A stretch of 44,765 bases of DNA. It comes from a virus (taxonomy: Duplodnaviria; Caudoviricetes). Under the pieces are notes generated by a model that was given only the letters and a program-made list of their open reading frames with translations, ran no database searches and was not told the DNA's origin. The position numbers and the translations under genes are program-made. This document shows positions 42,879 to 44,765 of the stretch, in pieces. Positions within the stretch are counted from its first letter, which is position 1, and the number at the start of each line of letters is the position of its first letter. Where the stretch lies: positions 1 through 44,765 of the IMG/VR virus record IMGVR_UViG_3300048610_000028; one strand, given 5' to 3'.

Positions 42879-44762
42879 TCAGTCCTCGGGGAGGTAGTAG
42901 CGGATAGCGCGTCCGTCCCGGCGGTCCAGCACCCCGTGCCGCTGCCACGCCTCGATCGCCCGCATCGCCGTATCCCTCGACACGCCGCCGACGGAGGACA
43001 GCTCCTTCTTCGTGACCGACCCACGCTCAGCCAGAACCCGGTACAGGTGCGGCCACGCGTCGCCGACCGGCTGCCCGTCGGGGTAGCGCAGTGGCGCGAA
43101 GGCCTCGACCCACGGCTCGTCAGTGAGCGCGGGCTGAGGCTCGGTATCGCGTACGTCGGCGTAGTGGAACTGGACGGCGGCGGCGATGTCGGTGTCGGTG
43201 ACGTACTGGGCGCGGTACTCGCGGGGCTGGTCGTGCTCGGGCGTCTGGGCCAGGAACTTGCCGGGGAGGTCGAGGAGTTCGGGGCGCCAGCCTCGGGTCT
43301 GGCAGCCCTGCCCGAAGATGAACGGCCCGTGGCCCGGCTCTCCCGTCCTGGTGGACAGGCGGTTGCCGTAGTTACCACGGGCATCCGTCGACCCGCCGAA
43401 GACCTTCCTGCTCGGCTGCTGGGTGGCGGAGATGAACTGGATCGCGTTGGAGCGGGCGATGGCCAGCAGCGACTCGTATAGCTCAGTGAGCTCCTTGTCC
43501 TGCCGTACCAGCTCGGCAAGCTCATCCGTCACCACGAAGATCGCGTCACCGTGGACGCCCGGCACCCACTTACGCACCGGTCCGCCGCCCTCAGCCATGG
43601 ACTGCTTGGACAGCTTGTCGAGGATCGCGCCGCGCCGGTCGCACTCGCCGCGGATCCACTCCAGCAGCCCGCGCGCCTGCTCCGGACCTTTGGCGACCTG
43701 CCGCATGACCGGTTCCCACGGGCCGAGCTCGACCGCGCCGGGCTTCATGTCGATGCCGTACAGCTGCACGTCGGTGCAGCGTGAGAGCCGGTGAACGAGG
43801 AGGTTGATCAGCCCGGACTTGCCCCAGTCTGATGCGCCGGCAATCAGGGTGTGCCGGTACAGCAGGGTGAGCTGCATGCTGCTGCCGTCATCAGCGGACC
43901 CGACATGCACCGGCTCGCGGCAGGTGGTGGCTCCGGTCTCGGTGAGCGGCAGTGTCCCGGCGAGTGCATCCGTGGTGGCCATGCGGACGATGAGCTGGTT
44001 GTCCGCCGACCCGGGGGCGAGGGTCAGCTTTCCCGGGAGTGCGAGGTTCGCGGCGAGCTGCTGGCGTTTGGCGGTGAGCGCGGCCGGGCTCGTGTTGCGG
44101 CCCGGGGGCATGGTGAGGAGGCAGGACCAGCCGTGTTCGGTGCGGTGCATCGCCTCGACCGCGGCCGGGGTGGTGCCGGTGAGGGCGTGCACGGCGCGGC
44201 GCAGCGCGGTCTCCTCCGGGCTCGCTCCGGTCAGTCCGGGATCGGCCGCCTCCAGGCCGAGCGCCTCCGGCAGGTGGCCCTTGGCCTTCACGGTGTCGAC
44301 GTGCAGCTTGATGCGGGTGTTGCGTTGGGTGGCGAGCCACGGCCCGTACACCCCGTAGGCCGCACCTGTGGTCAGGGTCCACGCGGTCAGCGTCGGCCAC
44401 GACAATCCGGCCGCGACCGCGGTGGTGACGTCGGTCAGGGCGAGAGCCCCGCCTGCACCGACGTGGGTGACGACCTGGTTTTTGTGCTTGAGCCCTGCGA
44501 CAGCGACCGCGCCGGAACCGGCAGCCAGCGCCCCGTAAGCGAGAGCTGCGGCAAGCCCGTCCTGCGCCAAGCCAAGCCCGGTAATCCCGGTGATAGCCGC
44601 GGCAGGAGCGAGCTCGTAGCGGCGCCGCGACATCCACCGGCCGGCACCGGTCAGCCACATCGCGCAGCGCCCCCACAGGCCACCGGGTGACGACGATGAC
44701 GACGACGGGGCGATAGTCCTGGTCAGCCGGTACGTGGCGGCGTGGTCGGTCGTCGTCGTCAT
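42879..44762 (-). CDS. FtsK/SpoIIIE-family DNA translocase (TraB-like conjugation protein)
   Basis: N-terminal TM helices; HTLIAGASDWGKS (Walker A), GIDMKPGAVEL, VVTDELAEL (Walker B), ATQQPS; C-terminal wHTH. Confidence 0.88.
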   Translation of the reverse strand: MTTTTDHAATYRLTRTIAPSSSSSSPGGLWGRCAMWLTGAGRWMSRRRYELAPAAAITGITGLGLAQDGLAAALAYGALAAGSGAVAVAGLKHKNQVVTHVGAGGALALTDVTTAVAAGLSWPTLTAWTLTTGAAYGVYGPWLATQRNTRIKLHVDTVKAKGHLPEALGLEAADPGLTGASPEETALRRAVHALTGTTPAAVEAMHRTEHGWSCLLTMPPGRNTSPAALTAKRQQLAANLALPGKLTLAPGSADNQLIVRMATTDALAGTLPLTETGATTCREPVHVGSADDGSSMQLTLLYRHTLIAGASDWGKSGLINLLVHRLSRCTDVQLYGIDMKPGAVELGPWEPVMRQVAKGPEQARGLLEWIRGECDRRGAILDKLSKQSMAEGGGPVRKWVPGVHGDAIFVVTDELAELVRQDKELTELYESLLAIARSNAIQFISATQQPSRKVFGGSTDARGNYGNRLSTRTGEPGHGPFIFGQGCQTRGWRPELLDLPGKFLAQTPEHDQPREYRAQYVTDTDIAAAVQFHYADVRDTEPQPALTDEPWVEAFAPLRYPDGQPVGDAWPHLYRVLAERGSVTKKELSSVGGVSRDTAMRAIEAWQRHGVLDRRDGRAIRYYLPED

Positions 44763-44765
44763 CGT

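Noticed and set aside
1-44765. Integrase, att sites, tRNA or rRNA genes
   Set aside because: None recognised by eye, so prophage versus free phage status and the element boundaries cannot be determined from this window.

Overview
A high-GC, Streptomyces-like siphovirus (prophage or phage) segment, read almost entirely on the + strand. In order: small early/middle genes (DUF4326-like, HIT, Tad2/DUF2829-like; 1-6.5 kb); a putative small terminase; a ~5.5 kb sugar-nucleotide/glycosyltransferase cluster; the large terminase; portal; a 2H-phosphoesterase/MuF/protease fusion; two capsid proteins; tail genes; an amidase endolysin and holin; and a GT-B glycosyltransferase. A - strand block at the right end carries a WhiB-family regulator, a wHTH protein, an Spd-like protein and an FtsK/TraB-like translocase. 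The standout is a - strand cassette inserted between terminase and portal (16040-18232). It holds an unknown gene, then a ~870 bp non-coding array of ~20 units built from a CCGAC anchor plus 5-nt-periodic (CNC-NN)n blocks, then a solo Cas7/Csm3-like RAMP gene. This is a candidate non-CRISPR RNA-guided system with a gapped dinucleotide code. Other notable signals are a TTA codon inserted in the terminase Walker A motif and a promoter-like motif found five times (CCGGAATGATCTT-N14-TACCGT). Three copies of that motif point to leaderless ATGs and one lies inside a gene. All family assignments come from recognising motifs by eye, not from database searches.
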